Positions 5,833-16,183 of a stretch of 29,644 bases of DNA are shown here, one piece after another. Positions within the stretch are counted from its first letter, which is position 1. Each line of letters opens with the position of its first letter. The position numbers were made by a program, and so were the translations under genes. The DNA comes from a virus (Duplodnaviria; Caudoviricetes): IMG/VR virus record IMGVR_UViG_3300020180_000092, positions 1 through 29,644 of that record; one strand, written 5' to 3'. Under the pieces are notes generated by a model. That model had not been told where the DNA came from and searched no databases. It saw only the letters and a list, made by a program, of their open reading frames with translations.

Positions 5833-8257
5833 AAAAGACGTTAAAAATAGTATAGAGGCTAAGTTAGAAAGATTTAATAAATGGGTTGGTATCCACGAGT
5901 ATGACACTTCTAAGAAGGGGAAAAGTGCTACGCAGAAGGATTTCGACGATGTAGAACTAGTTAGAGGGCACTATGAAGATGCAAAGCGTGAAATAGATAG
6001 CGGTTGTTATTGGCCTTCTTCTTTAAAAGACGAATCAGATACAGTGTCGGGCAGCTCCTGGCGGACACATAGGGAAAAGAATTTAAAAATGTGGATGCAA
6101 TGGGCAGTCGAACCATCTAGCGACGACTACAGATCAAATATTAAATCACCTATGACATTAGGTAGAATTGAGTCGACCTCACAAAAACAAAGAAAACTCA
6201 CGATTCAATTTTCCGCTAAAGCAACATTTGATGAAGATAGACAAAAAGCAAAGATTTTTGAAATTATAATTAATCACATTATGGCGACGACAGAGGGGCG
6301 CAAAGAAATTGCGTTAGCATCTAAAGAATCCTTAATTTTTGGGAATGGGTACTTCCAACTTAAATATAAAGAGGTATGGGTAAAACATACATACAGAGAG
6401 AAGAATCCTAAAAGGAGTAAGGACGTAACCGAAGGAACTGAGACTGAGATTAAAGTAACATATCAGAAACCAGCACTCGAATGCACTTACTCTGACATAA
6501 CGATCGAGTACATCCCGACCGAAGAAATTTATTATGACCCGTCTGCAAAACAAATGCAGGGTGTAAATAAATCCGCACGCTATGTAATGCGCAGGAGAAT
6601 AGTAAACATAGACGAGATTAGATCCACTTACGCTATAGATCCAGAGGCTAAAAATCTAGATAAGATAAAAGCATCTGGAGGTTACTCCGCCACAGATCAG
6701 CGCATTTTGTGGTCGGCGCCAACGGATATATTATTAGACGATGATGCTGAGTTGATAGAGTACGAGAATAAGATGTTAGATAAGCACATAGTATTAGTAA
6801 ACGACATCCCTATTATTTCAAAGCCTCTTCCAAATAACCATAAGCAACTAACTTACCACGAGCTGCCTTGTATCGTTTTCCCCAACCAAAAATACGGCAT
6901 GGGCCTCCCTGACTTGTTGCAGCACCAGCAGATCGCAGAAGAAATATTGATTAACATGGTGATGGATAAGATCTATGAAAGCATGAACAATACTACGTTT
7001 ATAGATAAATCGGTATGGGGAGAGACTACAGCCGCATTAATTAGAGCAAACAGTAAATATATCCCTATAGACACATCACAATCGCCAAGCATAGGTAATA
7101 AGATTATGCCTATGCCTTACAATCCAGTGGGCTTTGATGCATTTAAAGCGCTAGATCTTATCTCGAAAAATGCAACTATAGCCTCTCAAATAGACCCCAC
7201 GCAAACGTCAATTGTTCCATCTAATGCCCCTGCCACGTTTGCGGTAATGTCTAAGGAAACGGCCGAGAACATGATAGCTAATATCGTAGACAATTGGGCT
7301 ATGTACGGCCTTTATAGCGCAGGTGCACAGTTACCACAAATGATTAAGCAATTCTACAGTGAGCCTTATGTTAAGGGTATGCAGCCAAGGGACGCTAAGA
7401 AGATCGAGGATAATCTAAGAACTATTAGGATAGAAGGTAAAAAAGTTGAGATTGACAGCGGATTAGAAGAGGTAAGAATTAGCGACGATAAGGAGAATTA
7501 CTCTTTCTTACAAACTAAACCAGAATACCTAGACACAAAAGGGGAGATAGAGGTGCAAGTAACTCCAGATTCACTAGAGATTATTTCGCGAGGTCTGGAG
7601 ATGCAAAAAATATCGAACATGATGACCCAGGTGATACCGTTAGCCGCCAACCCAGATAATCCGCAAAGTGTTGCTATGAACCCGAACGCAGTGTTTAATC
7701 TAAAAGAAGTGGCTACCTTATATGTAGATACTTTCAATGTGCCGTCTAAGATTTTGTTGAACCAAGACGATTCTGACGCAGTCGAGATTGCTGACGCGGT
7801 CTTAGAGACTAATAGAATGTTAGAGGGGAAGATAGTAGACGGTAGACCAGGGCGCAGTGAGGTGCATCTGCAATACCACGACCAGGTTGCTGAGTCCTTG
7901 GAGAATACTAATCTTATGTACGAGCAGACAATTAGCGAGATGGCACAAGAAGCACCAGAGACGGTGGGACCAGATGGAATGCCTATAATGTCCAACTTCG
8001 AGCCGCCTGCTGATATTGTAAAAGCTATGGAGAGAAACAGTCTAACAATAAGTAATTTAAGGACACATCTGGAAAGGGACATGACGCTGCCAGTAGTAGC
8101 ATCTAGGATGCCAGCAGCTCCAGCACCATCAGCCCCAGAGCCAGTTGAGCAATCAGCCCTAGGCATGGAAGATCCAATGGCAGCAATGGGTGGAGCGCCA
8201 ATGATGGACCCAGCGATGCAGGGTGGTTTCCCTAACCCAGGTTTAGGCCCAGTTTAA
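5825..8257 (+). CDS. Portal protein (large, podovirus-type)
   Basis: 810 aa after the terminase; motifs SLIFGNG, IYYDP, YGMGL; Pro/Met/Gly-rich tail. Confidence 0.85.
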   Translation: MAKKDVKNSIEAKLERFNKWVGIHEYDTSKKGKSATQKDFDDVELVRGHYEDAKREIDSGCYWPSSLKDESDTVSGSSWRTHREKNLKMWMQWAVEPSSDDYRSNIKSPMTLGRIESTSQKQRKLTIQFSAKATFDEDRQKAKIFEIIINHIMATTEGRKEIALASKESLIFGNGYFQLKYKEVWVKHTYREKNPKRSKDVTEGTETEIKVTYQKPALECTYSDITIEYIPTEEIYYDPSAKQMQGVNKSARYVMRRRIVNIDEIRSTYAIDPEAKNLDKIKASGGYSATDQRILWSAPTDILLDDDAELIEYENKMLDKHIVLVNDIPIISKPLPNNHKQLTYHELPCIVFPNQKYGMGLPDLLQHQQIAEEILINMVMDKIYESMNNTTFIDKSVWGETTAALIRANSKYIPIDTSQSPSIGNKIMPMPYNPVGFDAFKALDLISKNATIASQIDPTQTSIVPSNAPATFAVMSKETAENMIANIVDNWAMYGLYSAGAQLPQMIKQFYSEPYVKGMQPRDAKKIEDNLRTIRIEGKKVEIDSGLEEVRISDDKENYSFLQTKPEYLDTKGEIEVQVTPDSLEIISRGLEMQKISNMMTQVIPLAANPDNPQSVAMNPNAVFNLKEVATLYVDTFNVPSKILLNQDDSDAVEIADAVLETNRMLEGKIVDGRPGRSEVHLQYHDQVAESLENTNLMYEQTISEMAQEAPETVGPDGMPIMSNFEPPADIVKAMERNSLTISNLRTHLERDMTLPVVASRMPAAPAPSAPEPVEQSALGMEDPMAAMGGAPMMDPAMQGGFPNPGLGPV

Positions 8258-8275
8258 ATTTACAGAATAACAACT

Positions 8276-8575
8276 ATGGATATCTTTGAGAATGTAGAGC
8301 TTCCGCTGGATGCGTTAAGCGATGACGACTTACTTATTATACAAAGATTTAAAGACGATCCCCTGTTTGGTATCTTAAAAAAGATCTTTGCAATAAGAAT
8401 AGTGAAGGCAAGGGATATCGTATTCAATTCGGTGCCGTACAACGCAGATATACACAGAACACTGAACGGGCAGGTGGAGACCATGAAGTATCTACTAGAT
8501 TTACCCGAGAACGCGAAGGTTATTATAAATGCCAGGGCAATGGCAGCAAAGCTAACCAGCAAGCCAAAATCTTGA
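8276..8575 (+). CDS. Small helical protein between portal and scaffold
   Basis: 99-aa ORF at a position commonly occupied by a small gene in podovirus head modules. Confidence 0.65.
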   Translation: MDIFENVELPLDALSDDDLLIIQRFKDDPLFGILKKIFAIRIVKARDIVFNSVPYNADIHRTLNGQVETMKYLLDLPENAKVIINARAMAAKLTSKPKS

Positions 8576-8600
8576 CATCTTTTAAAAAAGAAGAGAGAAT
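8572..8600 (+). promoter_or_regulatory. Possible promoter for scaffold/capsid genes
   Basis: TTGACA at 8572-8577, 17 nt, GAGAAT at 8595-8600 (imperfect -10). Confidence 0.35.
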
Positions 8601-8700
8601 AGGGCTATTGACTACTAGTACAAAACGGAAGAACCGACTGTATAGCGTGGACTAATCCTCTATCGCTGTGGTCGGTCCTTTAACTTTATATCCCAAAGAA

Positions 8701-9660
8701 ATGAACGAAGAGACTGATGTTTCGGATGAGACTGAGCTAGACCCTTCTTTACAGGCAGCGTTTGACGCAGCAGCTAAAGGAGATACTTTAGACAAAGACT
8801 CATCTAACTCCCCCGACCCTGTGGTCGGACACGAGGAAACTAAAAACGACACAGGTAAAGATGTTGCAACTAATCCTATTAAGGAAGAAGACAAGACATC
8901 TGATAAAGAGCCCGACGTAGAGACATTAAAACGAGAATACGGAAAGCTTAAGCAAACACAGGAGGAGTTTAAAAAAGTTCAAGATTCGGTTAAAGAAAAG
9001 GATGAGCTACTTCAGTTTTATGAAGGTTTTGTGACTGAGTCTGAGAAAAGATATAGAAGCGCCTTGTCAAAGAAGGGTGCTACTCCAGACCAGGTAGAGC
9101 AGATTGTAGGTCAATTAAAGACTAACAACCCAGAGTTATGGGGACAAGCACAGACCCCACCTTCAAAGAATGATACTAGCGCAGACATACAGAGACTGAT
9201 CAATGAACATCCTGATATACAGTTTGCAAAAGGACAGAGGGAGGCAGCAGATGCCCAAAGAGTCGAACAGAGGAAGGAACGAGATACATTGTTCGCATCA
9301 TTCGAGGCTGAAAGACCTGATATTTATGAGAACAGGAGCCCTGAGGATGCATCTTCTATAAGGAACTCGATTGGCACTATCTCTCAGAGTATGCAGAACA
9401 CGCATAAGATGGAAGAGAAAGCTGCACTAGACTATGCGTACAACGCAGTCTTGCATCCCGAGAAGTTAAGAGAGGAAGGCAGAATGGAGGGATATTTCCA
9501 GGCTATTAACAGACAATCTGGAATTAGTAGTAGCCCCGGTGTAAGCAGTCCAACAAAGTCAAGTGTTGATACATCCTCTCTTACACAGTTTGAGAGAGAA
9601 GTAGCTAAGGAGACAGGATTAAGTCCTGAGGATTATTTAAAGTGGAAAAGAAAAAGTTAA
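8701..9660 (+). CDS. Capsid scaffolding protein
   Basis: Acidic disordered N-terminus, coiled coils, C-terminal LTQFEREVAKETGLSPEDYLKWK helix-loop-helix. ATG 8701 preferred over GTG 8668, which lies in a stem. Confidence 0.8.
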   Translation: MNEETDVSDETELDPSLQAAFDAAAKGDTLDKDSSNSPDPVVGHEETKNDTGKDVATNPIKEEDKTSDKEPDVETLKREYGKLKQTQEEFKKVQDSVKEKDELLQFYEGFVTESEKRYRSALSKKGATPDQVEQIVGQLKTNNPELWGQAQTPPSKNDTSADIQRLINEHPDIQFAKGQREAADAQRVEQRKERDTLFASFEAERPDIYENRSPEDASSIRNSIGTISQSMQNTHKMEEKAALDYAYNAVLHPEKLREEGRMEGYFQAINRQSGISSSPGVSSPTKSSVDTSSLTQFEREVAKETGLSPEDYLKWKRKS

Positions 9661-9678
9661 TTTTAAAATCTAAACATA

Positions 9679-10143
9679 ATGGCAGCAGGATTAATGTATA
9701 CTCGCGGCAGCTTCTATGGCTTGCCTGAGATTATTAAAAAGTATGATAGTAATGCAACTATTGCAAACGGTGATACAGTAGTTCTTAAAGCAAGCCAACT
9801 AGAAGTTGGTGCCGCTGCAGAGACTCTATTAGGTGTAGCAATACAAGCAATGACCGCTTCAACAGTTGGTGGTGGTGTAAATTGCACACCTGGACTTGTT
9901 GTAATAATGGATTCTAGCTCTACTGGTATCGTAGCCACAGACGCGGGTAAGTATTTCGATACTACAGGTGGTACTGGCGCACAAGCGATTGATATCTCAA
10001 CAAGAGAGACTACTTATAACGGAGCTGGTACAGCCAGAGCGTTTGTATGTACTCTAGTAAATCCACAAGGGGTAAACCCAGTGTTGGATTCTGACGTTAG
10101 TGTCGGTGAGTTTGTGATTGTTAAGCATCAATTTATTAGATAA
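9679..10143 (+). CDS. Capsid-associated (decoration/cement-like) protein
   Basis: Small Gly/Ala/Thr-rich beta protein directly before the major capsid gene; IANGDTV and LLGVA motifs. Confidence 0.6.
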   Translation: MAAGLMYTRGSFYGLPEIIKKYDSNATIANGDTVVLKASQLEVGAAAETLLGVAIQAMTASTVGGGVNCTPGLVVIMDSSSTGIVATDAGKYFDTTGGTGAQAIDISTRETTYNGAGTARAFVCTLVNPQGVNPVLDSDVSVGEFVIVKHQFIR

Positions 10144-10162
10144 TTTTATAGAATTTTAAGCA

Positions 10163-11146
10163 ATGGGTACAACGACTCCAATGTCAACTCTGCAATTCGG
10201 AAAGGCAATCGATCCTGCTATCCGTCATCACTTTACAGACGAGATGGATCAAGTGAAATCTACAATGGAGAAAATCTTCACTGTGGAGAAGCAAGAGGAT
10301 TATAATCAGAAAACTCAGAATTATTCTGACCTAGGTACACTTAGTATAGTTGGTGAGGGTCAGCCTTATCCATCTCAGTCTATCTTCCAGACATACGGCA
10401 CAACTTTCACACCAGTCAAGCATGGTGGAGTGATTACGTTAACCGACGAATTTATTCGTTATGATAAGTCTGGCATTTCAAAGTCTACTAATCTCGCAAG
10501 AGGGCAAGCAGCAAGTACGCGGAGATCGGTTGAGAATAGAAGTGCTGGTGTACTCCGCAACGGTTTTAATACTAGCTTTACATCTCTAGACGACGGCCGC
10601 CGATTGTTTGATCTAACTCATGCTAGAGCAGATGGAAATGGTAATCAGTCAAACGTAAGTTCAACTGGATTGACTCTAACAGAGGCCAATCTAGAAACAG
10701 GTATGCTTGCCTTTGAGGACGTTTTAAGCGACACTGGACAATTAACAAGCTCTTTTGCTACTACTTTAGTAGTACCTAATCAACTCAGAAAAGAGGCATT
10801 AATTATAGCCCGTTCCGAGAAGAGAAGCGGAACAGCCGATAACGATCTTAATGTATACGATCGCAAAAATTCACAAGAATTTGAGGGATTAAGTATCGAT
10901 AAAGTCATTGTTTGGAAATACTTGTCTGCAAGTGCTGGTGGTTCCGACACTGCATGGTTCTTGTTGGGGGACGAATGTCCTTTAACTTGGTTATGGGGCG
11001 TTAGACCAGAGGTTGGCAAGTTAAACGAAACCGTGGGCTACATGAACGATACTTTAATGTGGAAAGTACGATATGAGGCTTCAACTGGTTGGACAGACTG
11101 GAGAAGAACTTGGGGTTCAAAGGGTGATGGTATTTCTTATACATAA
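10163..11146 (+). CDS. Major capsid protein (HK97 fold, Mu gpT-like family)
   Basis: 327 aa; VGEG, DGRRLF..H, LVVPNQL, GTADNDLN and AWFL motifs; synteny. Confidence 0.9.
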   Translation: MGTTTPMSTLQFGKAIDPAIRHHFTDEMDQVKSTMEKIFTVEKQEDYNQKTQNYSDLGTLSIVGEGQPYPSQSIFQTYGTTFTPVKHGGVITLTDEFIRYDKSGISKSTNLARGQAASTRRSVENRSAGVLRNGFNTSFTSLDDGRRLFDLTHARADGNGNQSNVSSTGLTLTEANLETGMLAFEDVLSDTGQLTSSFATTLVVPNQLRKEALIIARSEKRSGTADNDLNVYDRKNSQEFEGLSIDKVIVWKYLSASAGGSDTAWFLLGDECPLTWLWGVRPEVGKLNETVGYMNDTLMWKVRYEASTGWTDWRRTWGSKGDGISYT

Positions 11147-11247
11147 GTAATAAACCTTTGTGGTAGCTTTAGGTTAAACCACACCTCGTTATCGAGTCGA
11201 CCTTATAGGTGAATTAAGGGAATATATTAAGATAACTAAAAATAAAC

Positions 11248-11790
11248 ATGGCAACAACAAATTTCTCAGGACCAGTGAACAGTGCTAATGGTTTCACAGT
11301 AAATGACGTGTCGGTTATCGGTTCGACTGGCGAGCTTGCTAATGTAGCTTATGCGGAAACAGTATCCAGAGATACTGGCACTTTTACCGTTACATCAGCC
11401 GAACTCCTAGCTTTATTCGCAACTCCGATTAGTGTCGTTGCGGCACCAGGTGCAAATAAAGCTATAACCCCCTTTCTATGGATTGCTTTTAAGCCAGCTG
11501 GCACTGCATATGCAGGCATTGCAGCAGGTGAGGACTTGGTACTAAGGTATACTGACGCTTCAGGCACTATCGTGTCTGGAATCGAGACTACTGGCTTCTT
11601 AGATCAAGCAACAGCACAAACAAGGTATGCATTGGTTCCACAATCAGCAGTAGGAACTGCTAGAGTAGAGCTTAATCCAACTGCAAACGCAGCATTGATG
11701 GTACACATGACCGCAGGTGAAATAATTACAGGAAACACTGGTCTTCTAATTAGAGTCTTCTACCGTGTTCTACCAACTGTACTATCTTAA
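11248..11790 (+). CDS. Putative minor capsid/decoration protein
   Basis: N-terminus MATTNFSGPV.S.NGF resembles proteins that follow this capsid type; beta-rich body. Confidence 0.6.
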   Translation: MATTNFSGPVNSANGFTVNDVSVIGSTGELANVAYAETVSRDTGTFTVTSAELLALFATPISVVAAPGANKAITPFLWIAFKPAGTAYAGIAAGEDLVLRYTDASGTIVSGIETTGFLDQATAQTRYALVPQSAVGTARVELNPTANAALMVHMTAGEIITGNTGLLIRVFYRVLPTVLS

Positions 11791-11792
11791 TT

Positions 11793-12005
11793 ATGGGATT
11801 CGACTACGACAAGCACAAAGGAGAGGCAGAGGCTTATGCTAGTGCATCTAGAAGGGACGAGGCTATGTATAAAAAAGCTGGTTTCGAACACAGAATCGAC
11901 CGAGCCAATGAGGCTTTAAGACAGGCTAAAACAGAGGCAGAAAAGCAGAAATTTGAGGAGATAAGAGATAAGTCGATTAAGATTTACAATAAGTATAGTA
12001 AATAA
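11793..12005 (+). CDS. Hypothetical charged helical protein (70 aa)
   Basis: ORF tightly packed in the operon. Confidence 0.65.
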   Translation: MGFDYDKHKGEAEAYASASRRDEAMYKKAGFEHRIDRANEALRQAKTEAEKQKFEEIRDKSIKIYNKYSK

Positions 12006-12023
12006 GTTTAACTCTTTACAATA

Positions 12024-12353
12024 ATGTACATTGCAAGAGAAAATGGTGAAGGTTGGAATAAAGAGGAGTATGAGTGGAAGTCTGGCAGTGCTAATATTGC
12101 TGGCGTTAGTGGTGATGTTAATCTAAACACAGTCGCCGCATTTACTACGCTCTTTTCTGGTGTCCGTAAGAAGAGAGCACATTATATTAGTATCGAGACA
12201 ACTGGAAGTGTATATATTAGGCTAAATAAATCAACAAACGATATTATCCTGGTAACTTCTACTACACCGTTCAGGAGTGATGTTATGGCTATCTACGCCA
12301 TATTTGCTACTACGGCCGCTGCTGCAGTTACTATAACTGTTACGCTCATATAA
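12024..12353 (+). CDS. Hypothetical small beta-sandwich virion protein
   Basis: 109 aa beta-rich; TAATG coupling to the next gene. Confidence 0.6.
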   Translation: MYIARENGEGWNKEEYEWKSGSANIAGVSGDVNLNTVAAFTTLFSGVRKKRAHYISIETTGSVYIRLNKSTNDIILVTSTTPFRSDVMAIYAIFATTAAAAVTITVTLI

Positions 12354-12862
12354 TGGATAAGCAGATATTAGAGAAACAAAAAACATTAAATGAGATAGCA
12401 GTGCGAACAGCTGACTTGAGACATCAAAACGTCTCAACAAAGCAAGAGACAGAGAAGATAGAGGCTGACTTCAGATCTAGCAAAGAGGCCTATGACCGAT
12501 TTGTGAGTGAACTACAAGAGCTTGATGTACGTGTAGCAGAACAGCGAACACTGAAGATGGAGTACGATGTGTTGATTACCACCCTAGATAACGAGTCTAT
12601 TACTAAAAGAGACTCTAATAGGGACCTAGACACAGATCTGGCGAGGAAGAAGGATACTCTAGCACAATTAGAGTTAGAGCATTCTAGAAGGCTAGTAGAG
12701 CTGGATAATCGCGAGAAGGTAGTGGAGCAACAAGAGAAAACATTAAATATGAATCAGGCCACTCTTGATGCCTATAGAGAAGAGATAGAGATTAAGGACG
12801 CAATGGTGACACGTAAAGAGAGACTTGTAGCAATGCTTAGTAAGACTGATAAAGACAAATAG
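12353..12862 (+). CDS. Coiled-coil protein A1 (paralogue of 16184..16681)
   Basis: Heptad-rich; C-terminal EKTLNMNQATLDAYREE...RKERLVAM aligns with the paralogue. Confidence 0.75.
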   Translation: MDKQILEKQKTLNEIAVRTADLRHQNVSTKQETEKIEADFRSSKEAYDRFVSELQELDVRVAEQRTLKMEYDVLITTLDNESITKRDSNRDLDTDLARKKDTLAQLELEHSRRLVELDNREKVVEQQEKTLNMNQATLDAYREEIEIKDAMVTRKERLVAMLSKTDKDK

Positions 12863-12865
12863 TAA

Positions 12866-13219
12866 ATGACAGAAGATAAAATCGTCAAAATTGTTGATGG
12901 TGACAACACAAACATCCAGGCTACCGTTCTGACACAGGGTGCGAATGGGGCTGTAGTTGTTACCATCTCTGATGGATCAGGTGGTACTATTACCGCATTT
13001 GGAGACACGGCCAACTATTCCTTTCGCTCAGATTCAACCACCACAACAGATATTACCTACTACGGATTTTGCGCAATGGGCAGTTATGCCTCCACAAGTG
13101 CAGCGATCTGGAGGGTCTTTAGATTATCCGACGTTGATGGTGAGGGTAAAACTTGGGCTGATGGTAATGCTAACTTTGATAATATCTGGAGTAATAGAGC
13201 GGCTTTATCTTATTCTTAA
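12866..13219 (+). CDS. Virion structural protein B1 (N-terminus shared with 16683..18098)
   Basis: First ~46 aa align with the 471-aa protein; C-terminal WADGNANFDNIWSNRAALSYS resembles a motif of small phage structural proteins. Confidence 0.7.
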   Translation: MTEDKIVKIVDGDNTNIQATVLTQGANGAVVVTISDGSGGTITAFGDTANYSFRSDSTTTTDITYYGFCAMGSYASTSAAIWRVFRLSDVDGEGKTWADGNANFDNIWSNRAALSYS

Positions 13220-13230
13220 CCTTTAACACA

Positions 13231-13470
13231 ATGTGGGATAAAAAATTCGATAGAATAGAGAGATTGGATGACAACAATATGCAAGTTATTGTCAGACTTC
13301 ATAATGACAAAGAAAGTGAAGATATAACGATTGCCTTCCAAATGGACGCAGATACTGACATTAATATCTTATTTGCTGAATTGACTGCAAAGGTAAAAGA
13401 TAAGTTAGATTTCAAAGATTCAATTGACGATAAGCTAAACAAATTAAAAACCAAATTAGGAATAGAATAA
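13231..13470 (+). CDS. Hypothetical acidic protein (possible fibre chaperone)
   Basis: 79 aa directly upstream of the 890-aa gene; the chaperone role is inferred from position only. Confidence 0.6.
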   Translation: MWDKKFDRIERLDDNNMQVIVRLHNDKESEDITIAFQMDADTDINILFAELTAKVKDKLDFKDSIDDKLNKLKTKLGIE

Positions 13471-13471
13471 T

Positions 13472-16144
13472 ATGGCAATATTAGGTGCAACCACTAATAC
13501 CACTCTTAGCACAGCTAACGGTTTTGTGGTTAGTCACGCCTCTAATCTGGGTGTATTTAGTGCAACGCTTCTCTCTTTGTCTAGCTCAAGACAAATACCA
13601 ATTACCTTTTCGGCAACTGGCAACCTCAAGTGGGTGGCGTTGTGTCTGCGTCCTGGTACTGGTTATTCAGTCACCGTAGACTTTCCAGAGTTTGTAGCGT
13701 CAGTTTGGACTACTCGAATAAGCAGAACGCTTACTAGTGCCGAGCTTGGTAACTCAACGGTTCTCACAACAACAGCTCTAGCAGTCCCCTTTGTTTTCTC
13801 AAGCAGTTATGCCTACACCACCGCAGCGAGTACATGGAGACTTAACATCTCATCTAGCGGAGCTGGAACGCAGCCTACTCTTGTTACCTCAAACGGTACT
13901 AATCCTTTTTATGCGACTTTCTCAGAGACTACCGCTACTTTTGCTGATAACGATACGATTGTCTGTGGCAGAGGAGACATTGGCACGGTTACAGTAGACC
14001 AAACAGCTACAGTTGTTGGTGTTCTTGGTACTGGGGACGCAACACAGTCAGTTGCTTTGATTGCGTGTCGAAGTACTGATGTCACGAATCAGGACTGTTT
14101 AATTTGGGGAACTGGTGGATCGTATACCCTCACGATTAGAGGCTGGGGTATACTTAGTCTATACGGTGGACTCAGGGCAGGTACATCTGGTAGTCCTATC
14201 ACCATTACCAATAGAGGTAAGATCAGAATAGAAAATGCGACTCTTGGAACGGCAAGTAACACAGGGCTTAGAGGGTTAGGGCTTAATTCAGGATTGGTGC
14301 AAGAAGGATCTTCAGTTAATATCTTTGGACAACTCCCCACCGATCGCTATGCCTATCTCTCAGGTGCTCACACTTCAGGAGCTTCTTTTATCACTGTAGA
14401 TAGAGACGTAAGTGCAGGAGCAGTAAAACCCTGGCTCAATGGAGACGTTATCTATGTAGGATATCGAGACGCGCTCACCACTACGGTGACAAAATACACG
14501 ATCAGCACTATTTCAGGAACTCAAATTAACATCACAGGTACTCTGGCCGCTAACTATTTGGCAGGTGGGTTTGTCTTTAGAACGAACTTTACTGATTACG
14601 GCTTTGAAATTGAAAATGCAACATCAACTACATTCTTATCTACTGGTTTAACTTTTTATCCTCACTACTGGAACATTAAAGGATGTGCTTTACGCTCTAT
14701 CGGCTGGACTGCACGAACCGCCACCACCGCTAATATTTATGAAGAGAATCTGACACGAAGGTCAATGCCAACCACTGATAGTAACTACATGTTTTTTCCC
14801 AACAACAGTAGTTTCTTTCTTCAGGCTTTATTCACGAAGTTCACTGGTGGAGCGGTGATTGATAATAATATTCTGGAGACTGGAGGCTTAATAAGTAACG
14901 GTACGGTTTTTTCATCTGTATATCCTTTTTATGTGCGAGGTAACTATCAAATGCCTTCTCTTGGAGGTACAGCGGTGATTCAGAATATCAATTATTACGA
15001 GAATAATATATTCGACAACTGTTATTTTACGAACGGTGGTAATGGTGGATACAACACAACGGGTGGCAGTTTCAAGGGGAATATCTTTCACAGTGGTGGA
15101 GGTTCAGGCACCATGATCTGGGGCATCAACTCTATTGTTAACCTGCAAGACACTGTGGGAAATGTTTTTCGGTCACTACCAATTCCGATCACCCTTTCTA
15201 ACTTGGCGGTAAACTCGCTTATTAAAGAGTCAGTATGGGTATCAGTAGGTGCATCAGACATTAACCCCTCGGCTGGCTCATTTTTTACTAACTTTGGCTT
15301 TTCTAACGCAACAGGGAGTCCTACCTTTTCTGTTGCGAACCAATCAAGCTGGGCACCTAATTCGACCTTTTCTTTCGAGGATTACAACAACGTGGCTGGG
15401 GATAACCGTGTGTATAAGACAGAAGGTATTATCTTTTCAACAGGTTTTGGCTTAGCAGATACTACGGCTTTGAAGGCGAATAATTCTTGGGGTGTGGCTG
15501 TAGCAGGGGAAAAATCGGTTAAGTTTAGCCCATCTAAACCTTTATCATTACTAACTTATCAAGATAATAATGGCTCATCTTTAATTGGTAATTCGCAAAA
15601 CCTAGACTGTAGTGTTTCTATATATATAAAAATCAACAACGCAACGTTTTATGCTGGTGTTCATACAAAGCCAACCCTTCGAGTAACCTACGACAACACT
15701 ACCGTTATAACGAATGTGGCATCAGGCACAACAGCAGGGCAGATACTACAAGTATCTTTCACGCCTACTACTACAGTGCCTAAAATAACCGTTCAGCTCG
15801 AGATGCAAACAGATGCTACAGGCACAAATAGAGACGTGTATGTAGGCAAAGTGGTAATAAGAAACGGTTCTGGAGTGGTGATTGATACACAGAAACTCGA
15901 TGCTTTTGACGATTATGGAATACCACTTGCTAGCTCAAGAACATTACCTACTGCAGATAATGTATGGAACGCTGTCTCTGTTAACAATGATTTTGCTGGC
16001 ACGATGGGCAGGTCTCTGAACGATTCCACTAATAGCAAAGTCTGGGGCTATCAAACAAGTAACGTCGAGTTTACGAATACTGGGACTGCAGGGAGACTTT
16101 TAAATAAAGCGTTAAGTGTCCTAAAGTTTCTCGGTCTAAAATAA
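13472..16144 (+). CDS. Large spike/fibre-like protein with probable beta-helix region
   Basis: 890 aa rich in Thr/Ser/Gly/Asn; Asn-ladder repeats (DNNIL, ENNIFDN, KGNIF, GNVF) in the middle. Confidence 0.7.
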   Translation: MAILGATTNTTLSTANGFVVSHASNLGVFSATLLSLSSSRQIPITFSATGNLKWVALCLRPGTGYSVTVDFPEFVASVWTTRISRTLTSAELGNSTVLTTTALAVPFVFSSSYAYTTAASTWRLNISSSGAGTQPTLVTSNGTNPFYATFSETTATFADNDTIVCGRGDIGTVTVDQTATVVGVLGTGDATQSVALIACRSTDVTNQDCLIWGTGGSYTLTIRGWGILSLYGGLRAGTSGSPITITNRGKIRIENATLGTASNTGLRGLGLNSGLVQEGSSVNIFGQLPTDRYAYLSGAHTSGASFITVDRDVSAGAVKPWLNGDVIYVGYRDALTTTVTKYTISTISGTQINITGTLAANYLAGGFVFRTNFTDYGFEIENATSTTFLSTGLTFYPHYWNIKGCALRSIGWTARTATTANIYEENLTRRSMPTTDSNYMFFPNNSSFFLQALFTKFTGGAVIDNNILETGGLISNGTVFSSVYPFYVRGNYQMPSLGGTAVIQNINYYENNIFDNCYFTNGGNGGYNTTGGSFKGNIFHSGGGSGTMIWGINSIVNLQDTVGNVFRSLPIPITLSNLAVNSLIKESVWVSVGASDINPSAGSFFTNFGFSNATGSPTFSVANQSSWAPNSTFSFEDYNNVAGDNRVYKTEGIIFSTGFGLADTTALKANNSWGVAVAGEKSVKFSPSKPLSLLTYQDNNGSSLIGNSQNLDCSVSIYIKINNATFYAGVHTKPTLRVTYDNTTVITNVASGTTAGQILQVSFTPTTTVPKITVQLEMQTDATGTNRDVYVGKVVIRNGSGVVIDTQKLDAFDDYGIPLASSRTLPTADNVWNAVSVNNDFAGTMGRSLNDSTNSKVWGYQTSNVEFTNTGTAGRLLNKALSVLKFLGLK

Positions 16145-16183
16145 ATGTTATTATCAATTATATTTAAAATAAACAACTAGACT

